33,440 nt of DNA from an uncultured Candidatus Saccharibacteria bacterium (GTDB lineage: Bacteria; Patescibacteriota; Minisyncoccia; Phycocordibacterales; CAIZLB01). The number at the start of each line of letters is the position of its first letter. Position 1 is the stretch's first letter. The position numbers and the translations under genes were made by a program. Below, piece by piece: positions 24,610 through 31,479 of the stretch. The stretch lies in NCBI GenBank assembly GCA_964610005.1, contig CAZSTO010000001.1:1-33440 (forward strand), given 5' to 3'. The notes below the pieces were generated by a model. It had not been told where the DNA came from. It saw only the letters and a program-made list of their open reading frames with translations, and searched no databases.

Positions 24610-25680
24610 ATGCAAAAGGACATACATATATTTATTTCAAATCTTATAGAAAAAGCTATTAGTTTAAATGCTTCAGATATACACATAGACCCTAAAGATA
24701 CTCAGGTTTATATACGTATGCGTATCTCGGGTTATTTACATGAAAGCGGTTCTTTTGATAATGATTTATTAGAGTTGTTTATAGGGAAGATAAAAGTTTT
24801 ATCAAATCTGCGGTCCGATATACATGATAAAACCCAAGATGGAAGATTTTATTATGTATCTGATACTCATAATGAAAGAGTGGACATCAGGGTTTCTATA
24901 GCACCAACTTTTTATGGTGAAAATTGTGTTTTACGTATACTCAGACCTGAGAATAATAAATATATTAACTTCTCAGAACTCGGTATGACTTCAGAGCAGA
25001 TCAAGATTTATAAAGAAAATCTCAAGAAAACTTCCGGCATGATAATAGTTGCTGGTCCAACAGGCTCTGGTAAAACTAGTACTTTGTATACAACACTTAG
25101 ATATTTATCTAAAAATGATAATGGAAAAAATATAGTCACCATAGAAGATCCTGTTGAATCTGTTATATCAGGCATTAGACAAATACAGGTTAATAATGAT
25201 AAAGATTTTGGTTTCAAGGATGCATTGAAAGGGATACTCAGACAAGACCCGGATGTGATAATGATAGGTGAGATAAGAGATAAGGAAACTGCTCTGGCTG
25301 CTATACAAACAGCTTTAACAGGTCATCTTGTTTTAACAACCATACATGCTCCGAATGCATCATCTATTATTCCAAGGCTTATAGATATGGGTATAGAGCC
25401 GTATTTATTATCTTCGTCTGTATCTATGATATTGAGTCAAAGACTTATTCGAGTATTTGATTATGATATTGGTTTATATGGTCATAGAAAAGGTATTTTT
25501 GAGATAGTACCTGTGAATACTGATATAAGGGATATGATACATGAAAAGAAAACTCCTTATGAGATAGAACAATATTTGTCAAATAATGGACATACCCTTA
25601 TTAGAGATACTTGTTTGGATTTATATACCAGACATGTCACCACAAGAGAAGAAATTAATAGAATAGCTTTAGATTTATAA
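24610..25680 (+). CDS. GspE/PilB/ComGA-family secretion ATPase
   Basis: Walker A GPTGSGKTST, Asp box DPDVIMIGEIRD and His box TGHLVLTTIHA. 356 aa, which is ComGA-sized with no long N-terminal domain. Confidence 0.85.
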   Translation: MQKDIHIFISNLIEKAISLNASDIHIDPKDTQVYIRMRISGYLHESGSFDNDLLELFIGKIKVLSNLRSDIHDKTQDGRFYYVSDTHNERVDIRVSIAPTFYGENCVLRILRPENNKYINFSELGMTSEQIKIYKENLKKTSGMIIVAGPTGSGKTSTLYTTLRYLSKNDNGKNIVTIEDPVESVISGIRQIQVNNDKDFGFKDALKGILRQDPDVIMIGEIRDKETALAAIQTALTGHLVLTTIHAPNASSIIPRLIDMGIEPYLLSSSVSMILSQRLIRVFDYDIGLYGHRKGIFEIVPVNTDIRDMIHEKKTPYEIEQYLSNNGHTLIRDTCLDLYTRHVTTREEINRIALDL

Positions 25681-25683
25681 AAT

Positions 25684-26715
25684 ATGATTAAAATAAAAGA
25701 TTTATATTATCGATCGATTTGGTATAAAAAGAATTTTTATTATTTAAGAGCGGGTCAATCATTGGCTAATTCAACAAAAGTTTCAGCGACATGCCAAGAA
25801 ACCATGCAAATACATCTTGATATTTTAGATGGATTAAAATTATCTGATGTATTAGATGATATAAGTTTAAATTATTTATTCTCTAAAACCGAGATCTCTT
25901 TTATAAGAGTTGCCGAAAATACAGGTAGTTTAGAATACACATTTAAAACCTTAAGTCAGTTACTCAAAGATCAACATATACAAAAACAAAAGATTATTAA
26001 TGCTTTTGTGTATCCGATACTGATTATATTCATGACCATATCTCTATTGTCGATGATTTTATTTTTCATAATACCAAAAGTAAAAACATTATTTGAAAAT
26101 TTGCAATCATTGCCTATCACCACAAGATTCATTATTTTCTTAAGTGATCATTTGATTAATTTTTGGTATATAGATTTGATAATTTTATCTATAGCGACGG
26201 TTATTGTTGTCTATAAAAAAGATAAATTTGAAAATACAAGACAATATTTATTTTCTAAAACACCTTACATAAAAGATATATTTTTATATTGGTATATAGA
26301 AAGATGGCTACAGATTATATATATGTCTTTAAGTACTGGTGTGACTATAAAGGATTCTTTAAACTTTGCTCATGAATCGATAGAAAATAAACACTTAAAA
26401 CAAGAATTTAAAAAAATATATGATCAGGTTAATGAAGGAAATACAGTTTCAAATAGTCTAAAGTTTATCGATAAAAAGATTTATGAAAAATTAAAAGACT
26501 GGGAATCAATAATAGATTCTGGTGAAAAAACAGGTAAATTTGCCGAAGTTTTTGAGATCTGTCATATGAATATAAAAGAAAATCTAGAAAATTCTTTTGA
26601 CAAATTTCAGAAGCTTATAGAACCAATATTAATCATCTTTGTCGGTATTATAGTTATGATTATATGTATATCTATAATCTTACCCATGTATCAATTAACA
26701 CAATCCATACAATAA
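25684..26715 (+). CDS. GspF/PilC/ComGB-like platform membrane protein
   Basis: 343-aa polytopic protein 4 nt after the ATPase gene. The size, topology and position fit the platform family. Confidence 0.65.
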   Translation: MIKIKDLYYRSIWYKKNFYYLRAGQSLANSTKVSATCQETMQIHLDILDGLKLSDVLDDISLNYLFSKTEISFIRVAENTGSLEYTFKTLSQLLKDQHIQKQKIINAFVYPILIIFMTISLLSMILFFIIPKVKTLFENLQSLPITTRFIIFLSDHLINFWYIDLIILSIATVIVVYKKDKFENTRQYLFSKTPYIKDIFLYWYIERWLQIIYMSLSTGVTIKDSLNFAHESIENKHLKQEFKKIYDQVNEGNTVSNSLKFIDKKIYEKLKDWESIIDSGEKTGKFAEVFEICHMNIKENLENSFDKFQKLIEPILIIFVGIIVMIICISIILPMYQLTQSIQ

Positions 26716-26716
26716 T

Positions 26717-27847
26717 ATGAATAAAAAAGGTTTTAGTTTAATAGAAATAATATTAGCCACAGCTGTGTCTATGATTGTATTTGTATTTGTTTTTTATTTT
26801 TTAACCACAATCTCTTTACAGAAAAAATATCCCGAGTCACCAATACTATTAAATGAATTCAATTATTCTAATAATTATTGTCAGCTTAAAAATGATTATA
26901 AGAATATATCTACATATAAAGATGTAGATTTAGGAAAATATATATCGACCTCTACACCTATAACAAGTATAAATATTTTTCGTAAAAATACTTTGATAGT
27001 CACCACAAACTCTGCTTCGACTACCGAACCCGATATATTTTTATTTGATTTATCTAATATGAATTTGATTAAATCACTTAACACAGGTCCAGGATTAACA
27101 GATGCTATATTAAATGATAATTATTTATATGCGATTAATAATAGTGTAAATAGTCATATACAAACTTTTACTATCACAACAGGGGATGTATACAAGATAT
27201 CTGATTTTAGAATAGATGAATTATCTATAAATTATTCATTGCCTAAAAGTATATATCTTATAAATACCGATACTCCGAAACTTATAATAGGAAGTGAGAA
27301 AAATAATCTTGGATCAGAATTGTTTATAATAGATTTGAATGATCATATTCCATATCTCATCTCAAATACTGTCGAGATAGATGGACAAGTCAATGATATT
27401 TATTTTGCCAATGATTATCTATATATAGCTAATGCTAATGATAATGAACTCCTGGTTTATGATAAAGATTTGAATTATATAAATCTTTATAACGCCCCGA
27501 TGACTTTAGGTAATGGTAAAAGTGTTTATTATATTAATCCATTTGTTTTACTTGGTAGAACTGTGGCCAGTTTTGAGCTTAATATTTTATCTACAGATAA
27601 TAATCTTTTGACTCTTATAAGTAAATACAGTACGCAGGGAACTATAGATTATATAGAACCATTGATTGATAATTATTTATTTATGACAAATTATTCTCCA
27701 GGCGAATTACTGTTTATGGATAAGAATTTTAAAATATTAGGTCGTGTAAATGTACCAGCTAGAGTCAATGCCTATACATGTATGAATGACAGTTTAATCA
27801 TTGCAAATATTATTAATAATAAATCCCATATAATATGGCTAAAATAA
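26717..27847 (+). CDS. Large prepilin-type N-terminal domain protein (376 aa)
   Basis: MNKKGFSLIEIILATAV is a class III signal (GFSLIE) plus hydrophobic helix. The body has recurring D.YLY..N....L.V.D-like segments. Confidence 0.75.
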   Translation: MNKKGFSLIEIILATAVSMIVFVFVFYFLTTISLQKKYPESPILLNEFNYSNNYCQLKNDYKNISTYKDVDLGKYISTSTPITSINIFRKNTLIVTTNSASTTEPDIFLFDLSNMNLIKSLNTGPGLTDAILNDNYLYAINNSVNSHIQTFTITTGDVYKISDFRIDELSINYSLPKSIYLINTDTPKLIIGSEKNNLGSELFIIDLNDHIPYLISNTVEIDGQVNDIYFANDYLYIANANDNELLVYDKDLNYINLYNAPMTLGNGKSVYYINPFVLLGRTVASFELNILSTDNNLLTLISKYSTQGTIDYIEPLIDNYLFMTNYSPGELLFMDKNFKILGRVNVPARVNAYTCMNDSLIIANIINNKSHIIWLK

Positions 27848-28302
27848 AAAATAAAGGTTTTAGTTTAATAGAATTAATTATGTATATAAGTATATTATCT
27901 ATAGTATTTTTATCTATCATTTCTTCATTTCTTTATTTTCAAAAAATAATACAAAACAATAATTACAATTATTTTGTTAGAAATGAAATATATAGACAAT
28001 TAAATATAGCGGAGCAGTATCTGATAAATAATAAATCTATTTTACATAATGATATGCTGACAATCTTCAATAAAGAAGGTTCGCAGATATATGACTTTGA
28101 TGTGTCTGCTAATAAGATTAGAAATATTTATCTAAATAAGGGGTTTGAATTTTTCACATTAGAAAATACTAACTTTGTTAGTACAAAAGCTGAATATCTA
28201 TCAAATTATCGAATCATTAAGTATGAATTTAAATGGAAAGATATGTTCAACAGGGAACAGTTGCTGATGGAATACCTCATTGTTATAAACCAAAAAATGT
28301 GA
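27835..28302 (+). CDS. Pseudopilin / minor pilin-like protein
   Basis: MAKIKNKGFSLIELIMYISILSIVF prepilin-type N-terminus. It overlaps the previous gene by 13 nt and ends at TGA. Confidence 0.75.
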   Translation: MAKIKNKGFSLIELIMYISILSIVFLSIISSFLYFQKIIQNNNYNYFVRNEIYRQLNIAEQYLINNKSILHNDMLTIFNKEGSQIYDFDVSANKIRNIYLNKGFEFFTLENTNFVSTKAEYLSNYRIIKYEFKWKDMFNREQLLMEYLIVINQKM

Positions 28303-28320
28303 TATAGTCTCATATAATAT

Positions 28321-29571
28321 ATGTTAAATTCTTTCGATATTTTATACACAACTCTTTTGTTCGTGGCTATATATGTTCAAGTATTTTTCTTGATAGTTTT
28401 CTTTGAAAACAATAATGATTTGAAAAATCGGGATGAAAAAGATGAGAAATATTCAGATGATGAATATCCATCTGTAACTTTTTTAATAACTTGCTGGAAT
28501 GAAGAATCTACTGTTATTCATACTATAGAATCTGTTCTTTCTCTTGATTATCCGAAAGAGAAATTTCATGTTATAGCTATAGATGATGGTTCAACTGATA
28601 ATACATGGAAAAATCTTCAACAATATTGTGATCATCATCAGGTTACTTTATTAACAAAAGAGAATGGGGGAAAACACTCAGCCTTGAATCATGCCATGGA
28701 TTTTCTAAAAACAGAATTGGTTGTATCTTTTGATGCTGATACAAAAATAAATACCGACGCCATGAGAAAAGCTGCTCATTATTTTATAAAAGATAAGAAA
28801 CTAATGGCGCTCGGTGGTACCGTTCTTATAGATAAACCAAAAACTTTTGTACAAAAAGCTCAGGAAATAGAATATGAAATCTTCTCATTCACTAAAAAAA
28901 TGTTAGGTTTTGCAGATGCAGTATTCGTTGTTCCTGGAGCTTTTTCTGTCTTCCGAAAAGAAGTGTTTGAAATAGTTGGTGGGTATAAGAATGCTCATAA
29001 CCTAGAAGATATAGAACTTACCATACGTATGCAAAAACATGGACTTAAAGTTTCTCATGCTCATGATGCTATAGTTTGGACAAAAGGACCTGATACTGTT
29101 AAAAAACTTTATAAACAAAGACTACGTTGGAGCTATGGTTTTATAATGAATATGTTGGATTATAAAGCGATGCTTTTCAATAAAAAATATAAGAATTTCG
29201 GAATATTTACTTTACCTATGACTGTGTTCACTTATATCATCCTTTTGTTTGTATTCTTCTATTCTTTGTATAAGTTAGTTTTAGCCGGATGGGATGTAGC
29301 CTATAAGATATATTTAGTTGGTTTGGGCAGATTGGAGTGGCCGACTTTCGATGCGTTTTTTATAAATACAAAAATATATGTCATCATGGGTATGTTCTTG
29401 TATGTCTCAGTGGTATTTCAATATTTTGTTGGTCGTCGTATATCTAAAGTGCAAAATAAAAATATATGGAATGTACCATATTTCTTGTTAATGTTTTCAG
29501 TATTGGCACCAATATGGGTTATAAAATCTATATATAACAGTATAACAAGAAGGAAAGTGTTGTGGCGTTAA
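28321..29571 (+). CDS. Processive family 2 glycosyltransferase (beta-glycan synthase-like)
   Basis: DDGSTD, FDADT, GAFSVFRKE and QRLRWSYG (QxxRW), with flanking TM segments. Confidence 0.8.
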   Translation: MLNSFDILYTTLLFVAIYVQVFFLIVFFENNNDLKNRDEKDEKYSDDEYPSVTFLITCWNEESTVIHTIESVLSLDYPKEKFHVIAIDDGSTDNTWKNLQQYCDHHQVTLLTKENGGKHSALNHAMDFLKTELVVSFDADTKINTDAMRKAAHYFIKDKKLMALGGTVLIDKPKTFVQKAQEIEYEIFSFTKKMLGFADAVFVVPGAFSVFRKEVFEIVGGYKNAHNLEDIELTIRMQKHGLKVSHAHDAIVWTKGPDTVKKLYKQRLRWSYGFIMNMLDYKAMLFNKKYKNFGIFTLPMTVFTYIILLFVFFYSLYKLVLAGWDVAYKIYLVGLGRLEWPTFDAFFINTKIYVIMGMFLYVSVVFQYFVGRRISKVQNKNIWNVPYFLLMFSVLAPIWVIKSIYNSITRRKVLWR

Positions 29572-29613
29572 TATATAGCCTTAATTTTAAAAATAAGATA
29601 AACTAACAATAAT

Positions 29614-30324
29614 ATGAATAAAAAACGATATATCTATACATTTATAATCACTTTAGCGATATTCTTTTTCTCAATATGGCTAAGTAATACTTTCAATAAT
29701 AAGAAAGTTCAATCACTTCGTGATCTAGAAAGTCGTATCAATCTAGATATACTATCTGTTGAGACAAGATTCTCATTATTACAAAAAACTTCATGTGAAC
29801 ATGTTGTAAATAACAATAAAGATAATGAAATAGGTTTTAATGAAGATTTAAATACTGTTGCATTAAAAATAAAATCTCTTGAAAATCAATTGGGTTATGA
29901 AAATTACGATGTAATAGCTTTGAAAAAATATTACTCATTGTTACAAATAAAAGATTATCTTCTTGCTAAAGAATTTCATGATAGATGTAAAAAGAGTACA
30001 GTTTCTATACTATATTTTTACGATACAGATTGTACAGAATGTGCTAAACAATCAATTATCTTAGATAAAATCATTTCAGATTATCCAGAAATAAGAGTTT
30101 ATTATCTGGATAGAAAAACATATAATCCCGCACTTGATACTTTGTCATCAATATTCAAAATAAAAGAAAGTCCAACTTTGGTTATAAATGAGAAAACATA
30201 TACAGGTTTTCAAGACGTGGCAAAAGTAGAATCATATATACCAGAAATAAAAGCTTGGAAAATACAAAAAGAAAAAGCAGCAGCAGCTAGTTCAACAGCC
30301 ACAACAACCATTAAAAAGAAATAA
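29614..30324 (+). CDS. Membrane-anchored thioredoxin-like protein
   Basis: N-terminal TM anchor, CxxC (DCTECAKQ) in a thioredoxin-like context, and an Ala/Ser/Thr-rich C-terminal tail. Confidence 0.6.
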   Translation: MNKKRYIYTFIITLAIFFFSIWLSNTFNNKKVQSLRDLESRINLDILSVETRFSLLQKTSCEHVVNNNKDNEIGFNEDLNTVALKIKSLENQLGYENYDVIALKKYYSLLQIKDYLLAKEFHDRCKKSTVSILYFYDTDCTECAKQSIILDKIISDYPEIRVYYLDRKTYNPALDTLSSIFKIKESPTLVINEKTYTGFQDVAKVESYIPEIKAWKIQKEKAAAASSTATTTIKKK

Positions 30325-30329
30325 AACAA

Positions 30330-31046
30330 ATGAGTTTACATCCAATAACACAAGCTATATACGAATTCACTGAGATATTTAAAGAGCTTGGTTTTGTTAT
30401 GTATAATGGTCCGGAGATAGAAACAGAGTGGAAAAACTTTGATGCTTTAAGGGTCGCGAAAGATCATCCTGCTCGTGATGCACAAGATACTTTTTGGTTG
30501 CCTTCAAAATATCAAAGAGATGAAAATAATATTTTACCCAGAACCCACACGTCAGGTGCTCAGATAAAATGCATGAATGAGAATTTGCCTCCTATAAAGA
30601 TTATTTCAGCAGGTAAGGTTTTTAGAAATGAAGCTACCGATGCTACCCATGAAGCAGAGTTCCATCAACTTGAGGGTTTATATATAGATAAAGATGTTGA
30701 TATGAATGATTTGAAAAACACTTTAACTTTTGTTTTTAAGAAATTTTTTGGTGATGATATACAAGTTAGATTTAGAGCTAGTTATTTTCCATTCGTTAAA
30801 CCAGGTTTTGAGGTTGATATATATTGGAAAAATAAATGGTTAGAAGTTTGTGGTGGAGGAATGGTTCATCCGGAGGTTATAGAAAATGGTTTGAAAGATA
30901 ATTTAAAGATGAATAAAGATGAGATAAAAGGTTTTAAGGGTTTTGCTTTTGGTATGGGGTTGGAGAGACTTGTGATGTTGAAATATGGTTTAGATGATAT
31001 ACGTGATTTGTCTACAGGGGATGTGAGATTTAGTCGATGGTTTTAA
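30330..31046 (+). CDS. pheS: Phenylalanine--tRNA ligase alpha subunit, catalytic core only
   Basis: FDALRVAKDHPARDAQDTFW, FRNEATDATHEAEFHQLEG and GFAFGMGLERL are class II motifs. 238 aa, with no N-terminal coiled-coil region. Confidence 0.9.
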   Translation: MSLHPITQAIYEFTEIFKELGFVMYNGPEIETEWKNFDALRVAKDHPARDAQDTFWLPSKYQRDENNILPRTHTSGAQIKCMNENLPPIKIISAGKVFRNEATDATHEAEFHQLEGLYIDKDVDMNDLKNTLTFVFKKFFGDDIQVRFRASYFPFVKPGFEVDIYWKNKWLEVCGGGMVHPEVIENGLKDNLKMNKDEIKGFKGFAFGMGLERLVMLKYGLDDIRDLSTGDVRFSRWF

Positions 31047-31060
31047 GAAATCTTCAAAAT

Positions 31061-31098
31061 AAAATAGCTAAACGAAAAAGTTTAGCTATTTTATTTTT
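31061..31098. terminator. AT-rich intrinsic terminator after pheS
   Basis: 13-bp perfect stem aaaatagctaaac (31061-31073) / gtttagctatttt (31080-31092) followed by a T-run. Confidence 0.7.
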
Positions 31099-31124
31099 CA
31101 GATTTAGTAATAAGAAAAATAAAT

Positions 31125-31164
31125 AAAAAAAATCGGTGTGAGGCCCAGCCACGAGCCTCACACC
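31125..31164 (-). terminator. GC-rich intrinsic terminator (minus strand)
   Basis: ggtgtgaggc (31135-31144) / gcctcacacc (31155-31164), followed on the minus strand by eight T (31125-31132). Confidence 0.75.
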
Positions 31165-31282
31165 TATCCATGTCTCACATCGCCATCCAGCGAAATATTT
31201 TGGGTTTGAGGACGGGACCATCGGAACTACTGCAAAGCTCTCTGATCCCGTCCAACAACAACCCATCCGAAGAAAGTGTTAC
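31125..31282 (-). ncRNA. Candidate ~155-nt GC-rich structured RNA between pheS and pheT
   Basis: It has a promoter at 31289-31317 and a strong terminator, with an 8-bp stem ggacggga/tcccgtcc (31211-31218 / 31247-31254 region). The only ATG-initiated frame runs through the terminator without a stop. Confidence 0.4.
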
Positions 31283-31288
31283 ATATTT

Positions 31289-31317
31289 ATTGTATGCCTG
31301 TTTGTAGAGTTTTGCAA
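31289..31317 (-). promoter_or_regulatory. Sigma70-type promoter of the candidate RNA
   Basis: On the minus strand: TTGCAA (31317-31312), 17 nt, TACAAT (31294-31289). Confidence 0.45.
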
Positions 31318-31318
31318 A

Positions 31319-31364
31319 TAAAAACAAAAGGCTCGGGGAATGTCATGAGTTTGACTCCCCGAGC
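31319..31364 (-). terminator. Second GC-rich terminator or attenuator (minus strand)
   Basis: gctcgggg (31331-31338) / ccccgagc (31357-31364), followed on the minus strand by cttttgttttt. Confidence 0.6.
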
Positions 31365-31397
31365 GCAACCGCATGGATACCTCCTTTCTGGTTGTTG
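31319..31397 (-). other. Short transcription unit with a perfect Shine-Dalgarno and ATG running straight into a terminator hairpin
   Basis: On the minus strand: gaAAGGAGGtatccATG (ATG 31374-31372). Codons 3-14 form the terminator stem, and the 31-codon frame stops only beyond the T-run. It may be a leader peptide/attenuator or a small RNA. Confidence 0.3.
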
Positions 31398-31403
31398 TTT
31401 AAT

Positions 31404-31432
31404 AGTTTAACTCTGTATTAAAAAATATGCAA
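31404..31432 (-). promoter_or_regulatory. Possible promoter of the short SD-containing unit
   Basis: On the minus strand: TTGCAT (31432-31427), 17 nt, TAAACT (31409-31404). Confidence 0.35.
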
Positions 31433-31463
31433 CAAACCCTCTATTTTCTCGCTCTTTAAACTA

Positions 31464-31472
31464 TGCTAAACT
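31464..31472 (+). promoter_or_regulatory. Extended -10 box 7 nt before the pheT ATG
   Basis: TG-c-TAAACT, then ctaaaat, then ATG at 31480. Confidence 0.45.
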
Positions 31473-31479
31473 CTAAAAT

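Noticed and set aside
1245-27084. Antisense or overlapping ORFs from the track: 1245..1658, 3159..3392, 3574..3762, 5592..6005, 6126..6380, 7229..7435, 9884..10090, 11124..11426, 11715..12074, 12226..12450, 12831..13016, 13454..13660, 13769..13972, 15316..15510, 15799..15990, 16095..16358, 18491..18703, 20658..20867, 20858..21082, 21473..21679, 22974..23210, 25008..25217 and 26896..27084
   Set aside because: All lie inside, and opposite to or out of frame with, longer ORFs that carry recognisable motifs. Their products are low-complexity with no motifs. They are shadow ORFs.
31054-31313. ORF 31054..31266 (minus strand, 70 aa) and a 47-codon plus-strand ORF 31170..31313 in the pheS-pheT island
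   Set aside because: The minus-strand ORF reads straight through a strong terminator and into AT-rich spacer. The plus-strand ORF has no promoter, SD or leaderless-type signal. The region is better explained as structured RNA.
31372-31389. Plus-strand GGATACCTCCTTTCT resembling the conserved 3' end of 16S rRNA
   Set aside because: No other 16S features lie upstream (for example, no AAGTCGTAACAAGGTA). It is simply the complement of a strong minus-strand Shine-Dalgarno (AAGGAGG) placed 5 nt before an ATG.
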